Positions 34,801-49,800 of a DNA stretch of 64,000 nucleotides are shown one piece after another. Under the pieces are notes generated by a model. It saw only the letters and a program-made list of their open reading frames with translations. It was not told where the DNA came from and searched no databases. Source of the DNA: Ascidiella aspersa (Eukaryota); contig OZ004607.1 in the NCBI GenBank assembly GCA_963924565.1, positions 12,276,001-12,340,000 on the forward strand. The letters are read 5' to 3'. The translations under genes were made by a program, and so were the position numbers. Position 1 is the stretch's first letter, and every line of letters starts with the position of its first letter.

Positions 34801-37800
34801 GTTGCACTTAAAGATGTTTACAATAAAATGCTTAATGTAAAGGCGAAACATTTTATTTCTTCAACAAAGTTAATTTTATGGTTCGCTTGTTTAATAACAA
34901 ATATGCACCTTTATAAAAAAATTACGTGTAAAATATGATTAGCCACTTCTATTTAAAATACTAGTTCTTCTTGTTTAAACCAGGCCAAAAACTAAGTAAA
35001 TCTAGTTTTTTTAGGTCTGCTTTTGAAATTACTTTAACGCTAACTTTAAATTACACATTACACTTGTCAATAAAATTGCTTTGTTTTGCCTGTTTGACGA
35101 TACGATCTATTTTGAAGTCTAGAAGGTAAGGACTTAAACAGAAAGGAAAGTCAACTAACAAAACGTTTTTTAAGGTTATTTCAAATTTAGCACAAAATGA
35201 TTTTTCTTGAAAAAACGATATAGCTCTCACTATACGTGAGGAACATTTACGGTGGCATATCCACCCGTAGAAAAGCTTGCAAAATCTGCATCCTAAAACA
35301 GCTACTAATGCTTCCGCGAAATCGTTAACTTTCGTACGTTTGCTCTTGGATTTTACGACCGAACCTCTTCCACAGTGATCACATTCACAGACTGACCACA
35401 AACCTACGCGATGGGGGAATCCGTTGATCTATATCAATGCTTAAACACTAGTTTTATGACTTTCTCGGGCAGCTTAGCCAAACCGCAAGACACACAAGCC
35501 GTTATCACATGAAATATTCGTCCATTCTTCTTGGCTGGTGACACATCTGTCTTCTCTAGAGTTTAAAGTAAAACTTTCGAGTTTAATGTTAGGTGTAAAA
35601 TATATTACGACGATTTTATGAAACAATTCGAGATTTATCTACGATTACATTCCATTGACGACTGCCACTGCGTTTCTGAAATGTTAACATGTTAAATTGT
35701 GTATTTGAGTATCCAATCGGCACAGATCCTATGATATTGGTTTGGTAAATCAAAACAACTGATATCGAGCACTGTATTTCTTGCCACGCACCAAGCGAAA
35801 GGAATTTCACCAATTTTCTTTTTTTTTCGAAAGCACATGTCAGGAGATAATAAAAGCGGTAAACATTTTATTTCCGCAATTAAGTATATAGATACGAGAG
35901 GGAATCATTGTTTGAGGCCCTTGGTGAAATAACAACGGTGCACCAAGGCGCACAGTTTGAGAAGCTGTGACCTAAATAATCTATTTTTGAAAACGAACCA
36001 TTTCTGCTAAAACATTTTAACCTGACCCCACAATCCCTCTCCCCAGAAAGTTAACCTCAAAAGCGAAGTTTATCCTAACACAATTTAAGATTGGGCTGAG
36101 CTTGAGTTATTGAAGCCACATGAGCAAGATGTACATCCCCAAAATCTTGCGGCAGCCCTTCAAGATTTCGTCTCTCTTTTTTAGGAAACCCTATTTGTGA
36201 GTCATGTCTGGTTTATAAGGTTAGCGGTTCTATTGACAATTCTGTTCAATTCAGGAAATGGCAGCTCAGGCTATCAATTTTATTAGCCCTGTACGAACCG
36301 AAAAATCTATGTTGCTTCACTCGGAAATATAATCACGAGTGAAATAAAACATATGACGTTTTTTGTTTATTTAGAAAATTTCGTTCATTTTTTTTAAATA
36401 GAGATTTCAAAAAAATATTTCGGATGGTTAAATAACATTTTTGGGTGCGGATTTTGGTGATTTAAGACAAAACCTAAAGCTATACTGTATACATTAATTT
36501 TAGATCATACTATTTGATGTGGATATAGACGTACATAAATTTATTAAAATCATAAATGTTGATTCAAATTAAGTATTAAGCTAATCGTCAAATTCGATCC
36601 TTTGCAATTGTTTGAATAAACTTGGCATTACATAATATTCTCCTTTGTCGACCATCTACACCACATCCCAAAAGTCAAACAAAAGCGGTGGGCCTAACCT
36701 TCTAGAATACCTTAGAGTCAAGTCAAGCGGATAAATTGACATATAGCACGTGTATAATAGTCTGGGATCATAACAGACCGGGTAAATAAGAGAATACTGC
36801 TAAACTGTCACCACTTTTGTCAATTGTGGTTTAGATCTGTCGACTGTCTCCTAAACCTTGCCAACATGGGCTCATGCGAGTCCCGCAGTTTCAAGTTTAA
36901 ATCTAGTGTTGAAAAAGTAATTCGTTTTAAACTATTGTTTTACTAATTTCAGTTCATGTTTTTATTATAACTGCGTTTTCGTATAACTTAAAAGGAAAAT
37001 ATAATATTTCAACCGAATATTGTATGGTTGACCGCGGCCGTAATTTGCTCAATTTGATGATAATTCTGTTTCTAATCAAGTTCCGTTTGTGAAAAAAAAA
37101 ATACGGTTTGACTTATCGAAAATTTTTGCCTTCACATTAAGGGTTCTGTTTTACGCCAACAGTTTGGGATGTAAGTATAGGTTTCTCTACTTCAAACCTT
37201 TGCCTTTGTTGGTTGCAAAAGAAAAACTGTACCATTTTTAATCGATCAAGATGTAAAATTTTGCATTTTAATAGTCGCTTGACGTCTGTCAAAGCAGGAA
37301 AATTTTAAAACAAAAATGTACAACTCTATCTCGTACGTCCGAAGTGCGCGCCTGTCATTTTATGCATCGCTGCACTCGCCATGTACAACAACGTCCGGCT
37401 AATTTCGCGTGTATATTTCTCCCGATGCGACATCAAACGCCGCACCCACCTGACGCTATTGTGTCAAAGTGACAATTTATTTAAATCTGGGGTCGGCCGA
37501 ATGGCAGTCTTAGACTTGACCTATTTGTTCTTTCGGGTTTTTGGCGTGGGAACCGGAAATATTTGACGTCAAACCACGTGATTTTTTCATCATGTTTGCG
37601 GTGATTTAGACTTTTATTAAAAAATCCGCTCACCGTTTCACATTTATGGAAGGAATGGCCATTTAATAGCAATATAAATTATATTTTTGACCCCATTTTT
37701 TTAAATCGAGCCTGGCGTCGAATTGTTTTTTACAAAAAACGTTTTTAGCCTTCATGTGTTTTTTAATTCTTCCATGCCTTAACGATTTGAACAGTCAATA

Positions 37801-40800
37801 ATGTAATAAATTTTAGCCGATATACATGTTATACGTAAACATTCACCGGTTTACAAAAATTGTCTTGGGAATCCAATCGATATAGAGGGTACAAAAATAT
37901 CGAGATAGTCTATTGCGTTCTGTTGAAATTAATATTTACTTTACTTGGAATGAGGTGTGTATGTACAAAATAAAAAGCGCTAAGTTGCCGGGCGTAGTTA
38001 ACCCGATCAAATATTTACACTTCGTTAGTTGGTAAAGTAGTAAAAGTAAAGCACACACACACATTATTTCGTTCTACTTAGTGCTTGACAAAGACAATGT
38101 GAATTTAGAAGGCTCTCCCGTGAATTTCTCGTAGCGGCCTGATAAACGTAACAATGAGTTATTGTTAGGATATTGACGAAAATGCGGTCTTCCAAATCGC
38201 GGTAACGGAAATTGCAATGCACGAAATCAAGTAACTATTCATACGATCATACATACGCCCACCTTTTGCGGAGAACTGACTCACAAACTCGCAATTTTTT
38301 CAACTCACAAGTCACAATACATTTTTTTTAATTTAGCAAACTCGGAATCTACTATAGGACGTACCAAATGTCCTCATGCCTTAAAAATGTAGGTCATGTC
38401 TTTCTTAGATGTTTGCTAATAACCTGTGGACCGCGAACCATGTTTTTTAAGGTGGATGCACAACTCTTAAAAAATGCTTATAAGCTATAGTAAATACTTT
38501 TGGCGTATCAAAAAGACAAACAGCCATAGAAACTCCCAAGAAAACAAGACGCATGTTTTTTTAAAACAAACTCGTGAAAAGATTGCCTAGAATTGCTAAA
38601 ATTAACAAGGACCTGTCATATTATCGAAACAGGAAATGGGATAATTACATATCAGCACCGAAAAAATACACAGCAAATACTGCTCTGTCCAAGTCGGAGA
38701 TAGCACAAATCTAAAGCAAAATTGATGTTCGAGCTAAACCTAATGCGATTAACCAGGCTTGCGTGGTTTATTCTACCGGCTCGGGTATACCTTAGTTTGC
38801 ATCAAAGAATACATAATACGGTTGCAATGTTGTTGATTGTAATTCAAAATTTATTATTGATCACCTTTTTTGCAAGGTTAAAAAAATAATCGCCCTGGTC
38901 ATAACGTATCTATAGTTGAACTCTCGCAAAAAGGCACGAAACCGATTTTCAACTTTTATCAAACTACCGAGTCACGTTATTTTCCCACCGCTCTTACCCC
39001 TTATCACCCACCTGGGTCTTATATTTGCCCCATCCTGTTGAACGCCAAGCTCTAAACCGTTTATTTGTTACGCCACAGACGGGATTAATTCGACTACGCG
39101 GAGGCGATTATTTCGTTGAGCCGATGACGCGACATCACGTGCCTTCTGACGGCCAATCAGCGCAGCCGCACAAGGTCTATAGACGTGACGTCAGTCAACA
39201 GCAGCGGCGAAGATCAAAGCACGGAGGTTTGTTACGTCATAGAGGCTATGTTGGCGGCTGACTTGCTGATGTACGGCGCGGGGCAAATGGTAGATTAACA
39301 AGGTTAACTTCTTGGCGCTGAGCAGAACCTCTAATCTCGCTGCAGTCAAGTGGGTTTGGCTGCGTTGAAACGCTATAACGACGAACGGTGACGTAAAGCT
39401 ACATTTGTAGATGGTAGGATGTGCCATGACCGCGTGTAGTACTCTGGTGTGATTCCGCTGCAGATCGGCCACCAACAATCCAAAATTGTCTTTCTAGTTA
39501 GATTAATGGTGCTCAAAGTGGGTGTGTGGACCCCTGGGGTTTAAGGAAGTTTTAAAGGTTTTTCATAACATATTTTAAATTCATTAATTGTTAAAAAATA
39601 ATTAGCCAGAGCATATCCTTTTCATTGTGGTTAAAAAGTAATAATATTTCTTATAATTCGATTATTACAATATGATTCTTTTGGTACCTTTACAATAAGT
39701 AATATGCGAAGTAGTGATTTGTAAGTATTGTGCTTTTCGATCTTACTTTTATTTTAAATAGTTCGTAACCCTTTGTTATATCAAGGTAGCAAAAGAGTTC
39801 CGCCAGGTAAAATATTTTAACACCACTGGTCTAGATCAATTGGTCGCACATAAATCGTCGATAAAGTTCTCTCCTAAACTTTATATCATACCATAAAACC
39901 GGAAATTTACCAAATTAAACAAAACTGCGTTTTAAAGCATGACCCAAGACTGTAGGCTATGCGTTTTAAGGAAAGCAGAAAACAAAATCTAGTTTATACA
40001 GGTGAAATATGTGGCTCAAGTGAAAGCATCTTTTACACGCAGGGCTGAATCCCAAGTTAGCCATTGTGAGCCACGTGGCTATCTCTTTAATATATAAGAA
40101 AACCAGTCCGTCCAGTGTGACGTCAAAATCGACTTCGTTTACCTGTCCTGATATGATTTGGCTTAATTGAGCTTTTTCGCTTTCACAGTAAAATGCCATT
40201 ACCCAGATATTTTACCGTTGGAGCGGCCACAAAAACCTTACCTCCGGTAGTAAGGCTTTGGAGAAACGTCTTTATACACCGGCACACATCCTTCACATTC
40301 CACCAACTCCCGATTCGCCTGCACGCATTTTTCTTCTGTTAGCTATATGGGCGTCGCTTTTCGAAAAATGCGTGAGAACTAAGCGCAATAGCGTTTGTGA
40401 TTTCATCAGGCCACCACTCGAAAGCTGGTGTGCGTCAGTGCAAGGCATCACCTTGGGACTTTCGCAACCTCAAATATTCGACCTTGAATCTGGCGTTTCT
40501 CCAAACGCGCGACGAGTGTTGTGCATTGCAAGGTGTGCAAACATGCCGGTGTACAAGAACTTCGCAAATCTACAGTGTAATATTTGCCTATGCGGCCAAT
40601 TCCATGTCTGTGTCTCAAGGCCGATTGACAGATTGCCTCGTTTGTATCGTTTTGGCAAATAGCGCCCGATAACACTTTTCGTTTAACGAGCTTTTAATTA
40701 AAACCCATGATTTTTCATTTTTGGAAAATTTGTTGTGGGGCAATTTTCTTAGATACCGCGAACCAATAACAGAAACGTGATGTGACAGAATTTAATTTAA

Positions 40801-43800
40801 TGTCGATATAAACTTACAACAAACATTAGACACTCTTTACTGTTTTGCCATGCGAAGCGAAGCGTTCATTCTGAGGACAGCTGTATTGTTGACAAACGTA
40901 GAACAGCAAGGCCGAAATCAAGTTACGACTTTTTCGGAGTAATGTGTTCATTACAGTTCGTCGAAATATTCAAGATATCACAACAAACCTTGCTTTTAGT
41001 TTGATCGATCCATTACTCGAGAATGTGACTTTGTGATGAACATTGGAGGTTTAAATTGGTTATGGTACTTTTTTGCGGGGTTGTGATTAAAGGGAAATTT
41101 CCAACCCTTGTTTTTGTTTTTCAATCCCTTACTTATGACTAAATTGCGTTACCACATAACAACACGGAAAACATTAAATCATCACCATATTATATTATGT
41201 AACTAAAACATTTGGCAAAACGAAGTCTAGAACGCGTTAAACTAAGATCCTATTATCAATTCGTAAAATAACTGAATGATAATAAGAACTCTTGTATAGC
41301 AATTGATTGGTGTTTATAATGTGTTAGTAAACACATAACATTGGCGTTGAAATTGGTTTTACAAAAATAAACCTAGGTTGTTCATAACAAAGCAAACTAA
41401 TAAATTTTAAGCGGGTCACAGGATAAAAATTAAAATCTGTTAACAAAATCTCGCATTACATTTTTTGGTCTGTGCGCTTACCTTCCCCGTAACCACTTGT
41501 CCATGCTTTTGTTGGTTCAGACATATCATGATTGCTAAACAACAAGTTTAGATATCTTTCTATCGCGTTTGTTAGAGTTAGAAAACCCGATTAATTGGAG
41601 AACCCTTACCCTTTTTAGAGGAATATTCCATTAAAGTGTTTTTTTATGAGTGAATGAAAGTCAGGCTGCTAACGAACAAGTTATTTAGTCTATCACAAGG
41701 TCACCAACAGTTTTTTTTTTGTTTTTTTTTTAAGGTTTGGTTCGGGTGGCCGCTAAGTATAGTTTTAAGAGACCGCAAGTGTTTCATTTAAATACCAAAA
41801 AGTTGCAAGTCCAAAATTTGGGAAACCGCTGGAGAAATCAAAACACCTTAAAAAAACACTGGTCACCAATACTGAACGGTCCGCGGGTTATTTCCGGCTA
41901 GCTGGGTTAATTAGTTTGACCCGTCGAATACTTTCTTTATAAGAATTTCCATCCTAAAGACACAGTTAAAATGTTTTGGGATGCAATTCAAAACATAGTT
42001 TCGATGTATTTTGACTAAGGCTCGGTACAGTTTTTATTACATAGTTATTTATATTCCGTTTGTTTAACGATGATTTAGTTCATAAAGTTCGACAAACAGT
42101 AATATCCGGCCCGCTATCGTAAATATGATCGTAAACAGTTATCTTGCCCATGCCTCACAGTCATCTCCTTTATGAAAACATCTTGATGACCTCTGTTCTA
42201 TCGTATAGTCTATGCGTCGTTATTTGACTAATATTTTACAAAAAGTCACCGCTCCAAAAACATATTGATTAAAAAACGACCGCAAACCTTTATTTACGTT
42301 ACAGTCGCAGCGAACACGGCTGACGCAAATGCTGAGCAAAGTTCAAACAACCGCAGCAACTCTTCCAAACGTCCTGACGCCGATTTCTGTGGTGTGCGAG
42401 GTAAGTAACGCTCTGGTAATGAAACGTGACGATACGTTTCTGTAAAACGTGGGTTTCTTTGATTGAGGTACGTAAAAGTAGCAACGGCACGCTTGCATAA
42501 TTTTAGTGCAAATTGTTACCCTTAAGTATGCTATACGTTGCTTTGTTTTACGAGTAAGCCACGTAACTTTTGTGTGCTGTATAATCTACGTAACTTTTAT
42601 GTGTTCCGCGTAATCGGTTTTCGTTTATGTTCGTACGTAATTTGTAAAGTCTTACGCGGCGTTTGCATAATGTTACGTTACGTTTGTACACACAACGAGT
42701 AAGTTTTTTAAGTGCCACGTTACGCTAATGCTCACAAAGTTCATTGTTGTACCTTTCATGCTAAGTACGCTACGTTAGATTTACCCACGAGAAAGGTACT
42801 CTATCTGTACAAGCAATTCTTAAAATCAAACAAACTTTTTTCTAGACACAAAATTGCGCTACCGCAGCCAACTCCGCGCTCGCGAGCGCTGGGAGTCCCG
42901 ACGTCACCGCGACTTCGCCGACGTGACGTCATCGCAACGTCGACGTCATCGGGTGCGACGTCAGTCGTGGAGCCTTGAGCAGTGGATCGAGGTGATGGTA
43001 GTGGTGGATAAGAAGATGGTCGAATACTACGAGGCATTTCACCACGGACAAGTGGAGAAGTACGCGCTCACTATCGTCAATATGGTGAGTATACAGCGCC
43101 TAAATTGAGTGTGCCAAATTGCCTGGCCTTGGTCGGGCAAGTAAGATTTGATAAATTGTAACAGGATTTTGCAAACATGTTTTCTAGGTTATAGTTGTCC
43201 ATACCCAGGCTTATTAGCTAAAGCGAAGCTGCGTTCATACTTTTTTTTTACAGATTTACTGTTTGAACTTAAAAGAGTGAAGCCTTCTAATTATTTTGTT
43301 TATATAATTGTCTTTCGTGAGATGCGTGTTTAAAAAAGTAAATTTTTATGTTTAGTAATTGAGTGTTATACAATTGTAGTATCTCATCTGATGAACCACT
43401 GATCTTTCTTACTAAGCGTTTACTTGAAAAGTGTGTCAAACTTTTCTGGTCCATAAGCGTATATAGGGATTGTTAAAAAAATAGTAATAGTATCGATTAA
43501 CATCAATAAATTAACGTGGGGCAAAAATCTTTGCCGCTATACATTTTAATCCCGACGCTGCTAACTATGTATATCTTCTAGCATGAGCGTTGACTTGTCA
43601 CACATTGCGGCGCTTTAAGTTTGTGGGTCTGCGAAAAGAATTGGTTACAACTAGAAAGAAAATATTCGGCTAGTTACTTTTTTCAAAAAGCGTGGTCAAA
43701 GGGCTTCTCATCCATATTATCGTAACAAAATAAGTTAACCCCGAGCTACCGGATCAGCATGGTTTTCAATAAAATTAGTTTTAATATTATTTATTTAGCA

Positions 43801-46800
43801 TAATAAAGGCTTTTCCGACATTTTATTTTTTCTTTTCCATCAAATGAACCTCCAAGCAATATTATAAAAGTTTTGAAAAAGGTTTACTCATTTTAAGTGT
43901 TTCCGGGCCCATATTTAGCGCAGAAGTTTCGATTATAATGGCATTTCCGTTGGACCGGTAGTTGTTGAGGCGGGGATCGAACTCAGCACGTTCGGAACAA
44001 AACTATTGATGTGGTAAGCAAGTCTGGGCGGGCCGAAGTTTGGATATTGATCCTGTCAAATGTTTCGATTTACTGCTTCCAGAAACCTTGAAAGGCCTTT
44101 GCTCGTTTCCGCGTAAGGCCCGCATGTTGAAGGGATCCAGATACACCATTCGACGACATACGCGATCAAGCCACACACTTTTGGTGGGCCGTTAAAAGTC
44201 GAAAAAGATTATTCCTGAATAACCTGCTTTGCCAATTAAGATCAACCGGGTTATAAAGACGCGTAACGGCTCGCTTTTTTGACAGGTCGCCGAGCTGTTT
44301 CACGACGAAAGTATAGGAAACCTGCTTCACGTCACTCTCATACGCCTTATTGTTTTGGAAGGAGAGGAGGTAACCAATTTATCACATTTACTCCACTTAT
44401 TTGCGTATTTAACAAAGTTTATCCTTTACTGTGTGTCTGTTTATTTACCCAGGATCCTTTACAAACGTGACAAAAGGGCGATAGAGCTTATGTACGCCAG
44501 TTAAGAAAAACACAAAAGCGTGTTTTCATTATTCATTTCTGACCATACCCATTCGGGAACACTCTTCTCTAATTTTATTCCTCTGCTTTTAAACAGTTAT
44601 GGCGCCGCTAGTTTAAAAAAAAGAAGACATAAATAAATTAGAACTAATTGCTAACCGACCTCTATAATAATTTGGCTATTTAAACTTTTCTTCTGTTTCT
44701 GCGAAATAGTTGATATGTATTTATTGACGCTTAGGCCAAACAAGGGCGACACAGTATGTTTAAAAGTGCTCCATCCATTAGAGCAAAATTAGAGCAATAT
44801 CAACGATGGAATAAAACATAGTTCGGAATAAGATCAAAATAGGACTAATACATAGTCGGTAAAACATTTAGATCGGAATACTTTACCTAAATCCGTCGGA
44901 ATATGACCTAAATGGCCAGAATAAGGCCCTATATACAGTATTTTACATCACTAACTGCCTTGATAATTTCAACCCTAAATAAAGTTCTAACCCCACCCGT
45001 ACCCGACCTAACTCTAACCCAAACAATCCGGCGCTGGGCCTTCTGTGTTTCCTTTATATAGGCGTTCGATACTAACGAAAAACATGTAAACCAAAACATG
45101 AGACAGTAACCGAATAAGAATTTGGATACTTTTTGTTCACAAACTAAGATTCTTGTTGATTACTTATAATAGTGAATAAAGCTTCAATGGAACTAAAACG
45201 CCTTGATATACCTATACAAGCGTTACATACAAAAACACTGCAAAAACGAATGTATAACTGTAAATCGTATATTGGTGCAATTTCAAAGATGTTATGGCAA
45301 TGCAAAATCCGTTGGGTTTGCACAATTTGTACCAGTGCAGCAGACAGTAGTTTGAACCCCCTCTTTGCTGGGCATCGTTAACCCACCTTTGTCTCCCCGT
45401 AAATTGGCGAAACTAAGTCACCTGTCTACTGTGTTGTGTTAAAATCTTACATCGGGAATTTTCTTACGTATCTTGTTAGAGCAGGTAACGCCAATACGAT
45501 CTGACCAAACCAACAGAGATCTAACTATTGTATTGCGCTTAAATTATGTAGAAAAGAAAAACGTAATTTAATTACCATCGTATTTTAATATCTGATAAAT
45601 TGATAATAATGAATAATACAGATTTCCTTTCAGCTAAACTGCAAAACAACGACAAATGTAAGTACACTAGGCCTTTTAAGAAATATATAATTAAAGTGAA
45701 AACGGAATAAAGTTTCACAAAGTAAAAAATAACATGATGAAGCATATAGACTCAAAAGCCAATATGTTTGATCTTTATTTTTTAATCTTACACATTTGAT
45801 GGCATGAGGAATCAGTTAAATTTGATGAAACGTGACGATTTTAACGTTTTAGCTTTCTTGTAAAACGCCTTTATGTCAAATATGCACAACATGTAAATCC
45901 CGAACGTGTTACCTCGGGCAATCAGGTGCCGATATCTCTGTTGCAGACATATTTGCGGCTTGCAGAACAACGGCAAAAGAAGCTAAATTGATACGCGCAA
46001 ACGTGCCGGAGTAATTGGTGCGTGTAAAACCAGGCATAACGGTGTCAAATGTGCTTCTTGCCTTGCCAGTGACCCCTGACCCGTCGATAGCTAATCGCGT
46101 CTGGTCTCAACTGAGTGAGGAATGTTCTGGGACTTGTTGCAAAACTATATGCTGTGGCTTTGCAAACTTTATCATATTTGCAGAGTTTAACATTAATATA
46201 ATAGGGCATACAAATATAATGAATTTAGATTTTCTTGGACAATCAAAAAAACATGGTCAGAATAAAACGGTTAGTAAAAATTTCTGTTTCGGCGATATTG
46301 CCAGTTATATTGCCATATAATGTTTTTTGCCCAAAGTGCAGCAATAAAATTATTTATCCAACAGTTTAAATGACTTTTTGTAATACGCCTGGTTTTTATT
46401 TTGCAACAAACGCATGTTGAAAACAGTCCTGGTTGAAAAACATTTTCGAAATTGCGACACGCTCGATTCGGTTTTGTCCCCTGGGGAATTCCCGAGCCCT
46501 GAGTGTCGCAAATGTTGGAGGCCAGCAAGTCGGTCTGGCTCCCTGCGGAATGATGGGTGTATTTGTGTGCGCTAATGCGTCCTTGCAACTCGCGCGGTTT
46601 AAGAGCAAGAGGGGAAAATGAAGAGAATAAAGAAGAGAAAGGATATGCAAATACACTCTATAATTGGACGTTACCGATTCATCTTAATGCAGTGGATATG
46701 AAGCAACTGTGTCTGAGCTGATATATATATCATTTACAATTACTTGCAATACTGCATCAAAACAGACGAGATTGTGATAAGGAACGCAACTGTTTTAATA

Positions 46801-49800
46801 ATATGGCATTCTATTTTATTTGCAAATTGGTTACGGGTTAGAAATCGCGCAGCAGAAATTGGGCAAAACCAGACTCTAAATATTATTTAACATCGTTTGT
46901 GACTTATATTCGAACGCCCAAATAAATAATCAGCTTTGTGCGAACATTTAGCACAAAGCTTTGTTTAAAATTGAATAATGTTAGAAAAAATTACCAAAAT
47001 GCGCTTATACGTCTGTATTGGGTCTGATGTAATTTGCAAAACAATCTACGCCGTTATACGATCCACAATAATTACGTTTTATTTATTAACAAAATTCTTC
47101 TAAAATTGCCAAAAGTTGGCTAGTTCACCGAATATTTTTTTTGTCTGAAACCACTTCCCGTGTTTCGTTTCTTCCTAATGTTCGTTTACGGTTAAAGTTG
47201 CTCATCAAGCTTAACGCGAAAATGAGGAAACACGGTGTTGGATGTCTGACTATTTTAGCGCAAACGTAGCGTCTTCCGCGAATAGCCAAGAGAGATATGA
47301 TGATTGATTGTGATCGTCTTATACGTGCGGATAATCGCGGAGACATTAAAACCTGTCTTATAACGGTGAAGAATAAAAAGGCTTATCTTGCCTTTGCTGA
47401 ATTTGAATTACAAGATTGTTTCTCACTATAGTAAGTTGTTTTCCCCTTGAATTCAACTTTTTAATGAAAAACCTTAAAACATAAAAGTTTGTTGTAGGAA
47501 TTGCTTTGTGGTTGTAGGTTTGCTATGTAAAGTTTTTTCAAGTCATCGTTTTAATTTAACCTTTGTGTGTTGCAATGAGAAATTTGAACCACTAATTTCG
47601 TACATGTTGATGAAGCAAATGGGAGTTAAAACAGCAAGCTACGGGCTTATAGTGTGCATAAATGATGAACAATGAACACACTTGGTGGGTGGGCCAAAAT
47701 CGCAACAACGTATCGGATGTATCTTGGGAGTATGTCTGAACGTCTGAGTATAATTTAGTCTCACCAATTTGCCACCTTTTATTCGGACAGGATTAGACAA
47801 GGCGACAAGCAGAATTCACATTGGCAAATTTATAAAAAACTGAATGAGTGTATAAAATAAATTTATTAAGAATGATTCAAGCTATGAGTAAAGGCAACAA
47901 TATGCGTGATTAACCGTGTTAGCATCTACAGTGCTTATCGACGTTATTACTAATCGTGTTGACATAGAGTCAACATTGACCGTTCTAGACAACCCTTCAC
48001 CTCTCTAATCCGCTGAGCTTGCGAAGATGGTGCAACACAAACGTCAAACTATGAACGCGTGTTGGTCCATAGACCATCCAGTCGCCACCATTGATAAACA
48101 ACCTGCTGGCTATGTTGTATTTTGTTAGATGTCAGGTCGTGGACCTTGTCCTTCTAGCCACATATACACCGACCAGCTGAGCGTACAATCAATCTGGGAT
48201 AAGTCAAATTGGGTTAGGACGTAAAAATAACAATACAGTAAATATTAGCTTTGCATATTTAGAAAGGTGCAATGGTAGCAGCGTATTACTATAACCAGTT
48301 TTCATTTAAGACTTTTCGTGTTTCTAGACTCGCGTTATAGAGATCCCTCTGTGTAAAACATCCTGTGAACATTTTCCAATGATTAAACTTACATCATATT
48401 AGAAAAAAATGAAAGTCAATTGCCTAGACCAGGGGTCATTAAACTAGGTCCCGCCGGCCAGATGTGGCTTGTTAACTATATCTTTTGACCCTTGTCATAT
48501 CGCCCCGTTGAAGATAAACTGAGGGTGAAATGTGGTCGGATGCCAATCCAGATTCAATTTTATTGAAATGTTAGCTGGACGAGGGTTTCACAAAGCTCAC
48601 TGTGGACTTTTTAATTCTATTTACTAAATTAATCAGGTTATTAAAGTTCGACCAAAATTTTAAATCCAGTCCCTAATTGTCAGCCCTTACGGTTATTTGT
48701 TTTCCTATAAAAAAAAGCTTGGCGCTCCCTGCTGGTTAGACTAACACTCCAGCCCCCAACATTGTAAACTCAACCTTGACAAGGCGGTTGCACGGCAGCC
48801 GCGTTACTTCCTCGTTTTGCCGTTCAGCAACATGTTGCACGTTCAAGTATACAAAATGTATTCGGTTTCCTCTTTACAGAAAGCGCTCAAGATCAGTCAG
48901 CACGCGGAAAAGACCCTGGACAGCTTTTGCCGCTGGGCGAAGCGAATGAATCCGAGGAGCGACACGCACGCTAATCACCACGACGTGGCTGTCCTGCTCA
49001 CCAGGTATTCATTTGACATCTATAGCTTTTGTGTAAATGGGTCGCCTTTTTAATATATTGCAGTTTGAAAGTAATACGCGGTTTTTAAAACCTGCCGCGA
49101 ACGTGCTTACATCTATGTTTGTCTGAATGTCTGGGTTGTTTTAATATCAAGCATTGTTATAAAACCATATCATAAACGCGAAAGCAATAGTTTTAATTTG
49201 ATTTTTTTCTTTTTCGCAGTAAGGTTCTACAGTATATTACTGCTTTATCAAACTCAATAAATTTGTAAAAAAAGTGTTGATTTTAACTTCGTACGACTTT
49301 TTGTGTAGTGATCAACGATCAAACAAAATGTGTGGAGACGTTCGCTTTTAGAGCATGTTTTTACATGTGTAATATCGGGTAGTTTGAACCAATTTAAAAA
49401 GAATAACAAAAAGGAGGGCGGGGGGAGACTGTTCTTTTTATTCGTGTAGACATTCTTGGAGACGAAACTTTTTTTTAAATTGTTTTCTTTGCAGGCGAAA
49501 TATATGTAGCCGCTCGAACAAAAGCTGTGAGACTCTCGGGCTCGCCCACGTGGCAGGAATGTGCCAGCCTCACCGAAGTTGCAACGTGAACCAGGACACC
49601 GGGCTCAGCGTGGCATTCACGGTGGCCCATGAACTGGGGCATAAGTAAGTTCCGTCGCGTATACTTTGATTATTATAGCTGTTCGAAACGAGTGTAATGG
49701 GCATTGGATTCTTAGCAAAATATAAAAAATTCCAATCCCTTGTTTCTTGCATTGTTTTTTTTTACTTTGTTCTTTAAAAAAATTTAATTTGCCGGTTGGG

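Noticed and set aside
40258-40675. Cluster of overlapping ORFs in an ADAMTS intron
   Set aside because: GC-richer patch with no motif or splice-phase fit; the ADAMTS exon chain is complete without it. Possibly an enhancer, but unsupported.
42405-42780. Region rich in TACG/CGTAA words
   Set aside because: Looks like a decayed repeat, but no unit, termini or TSD could be defined.
43960-44030. Minus-strand B-box-like GAGTTCGATCC (possible tRNA/SINE)
   Set aside because: No A box or cloverleaf could be built; too weak to call.
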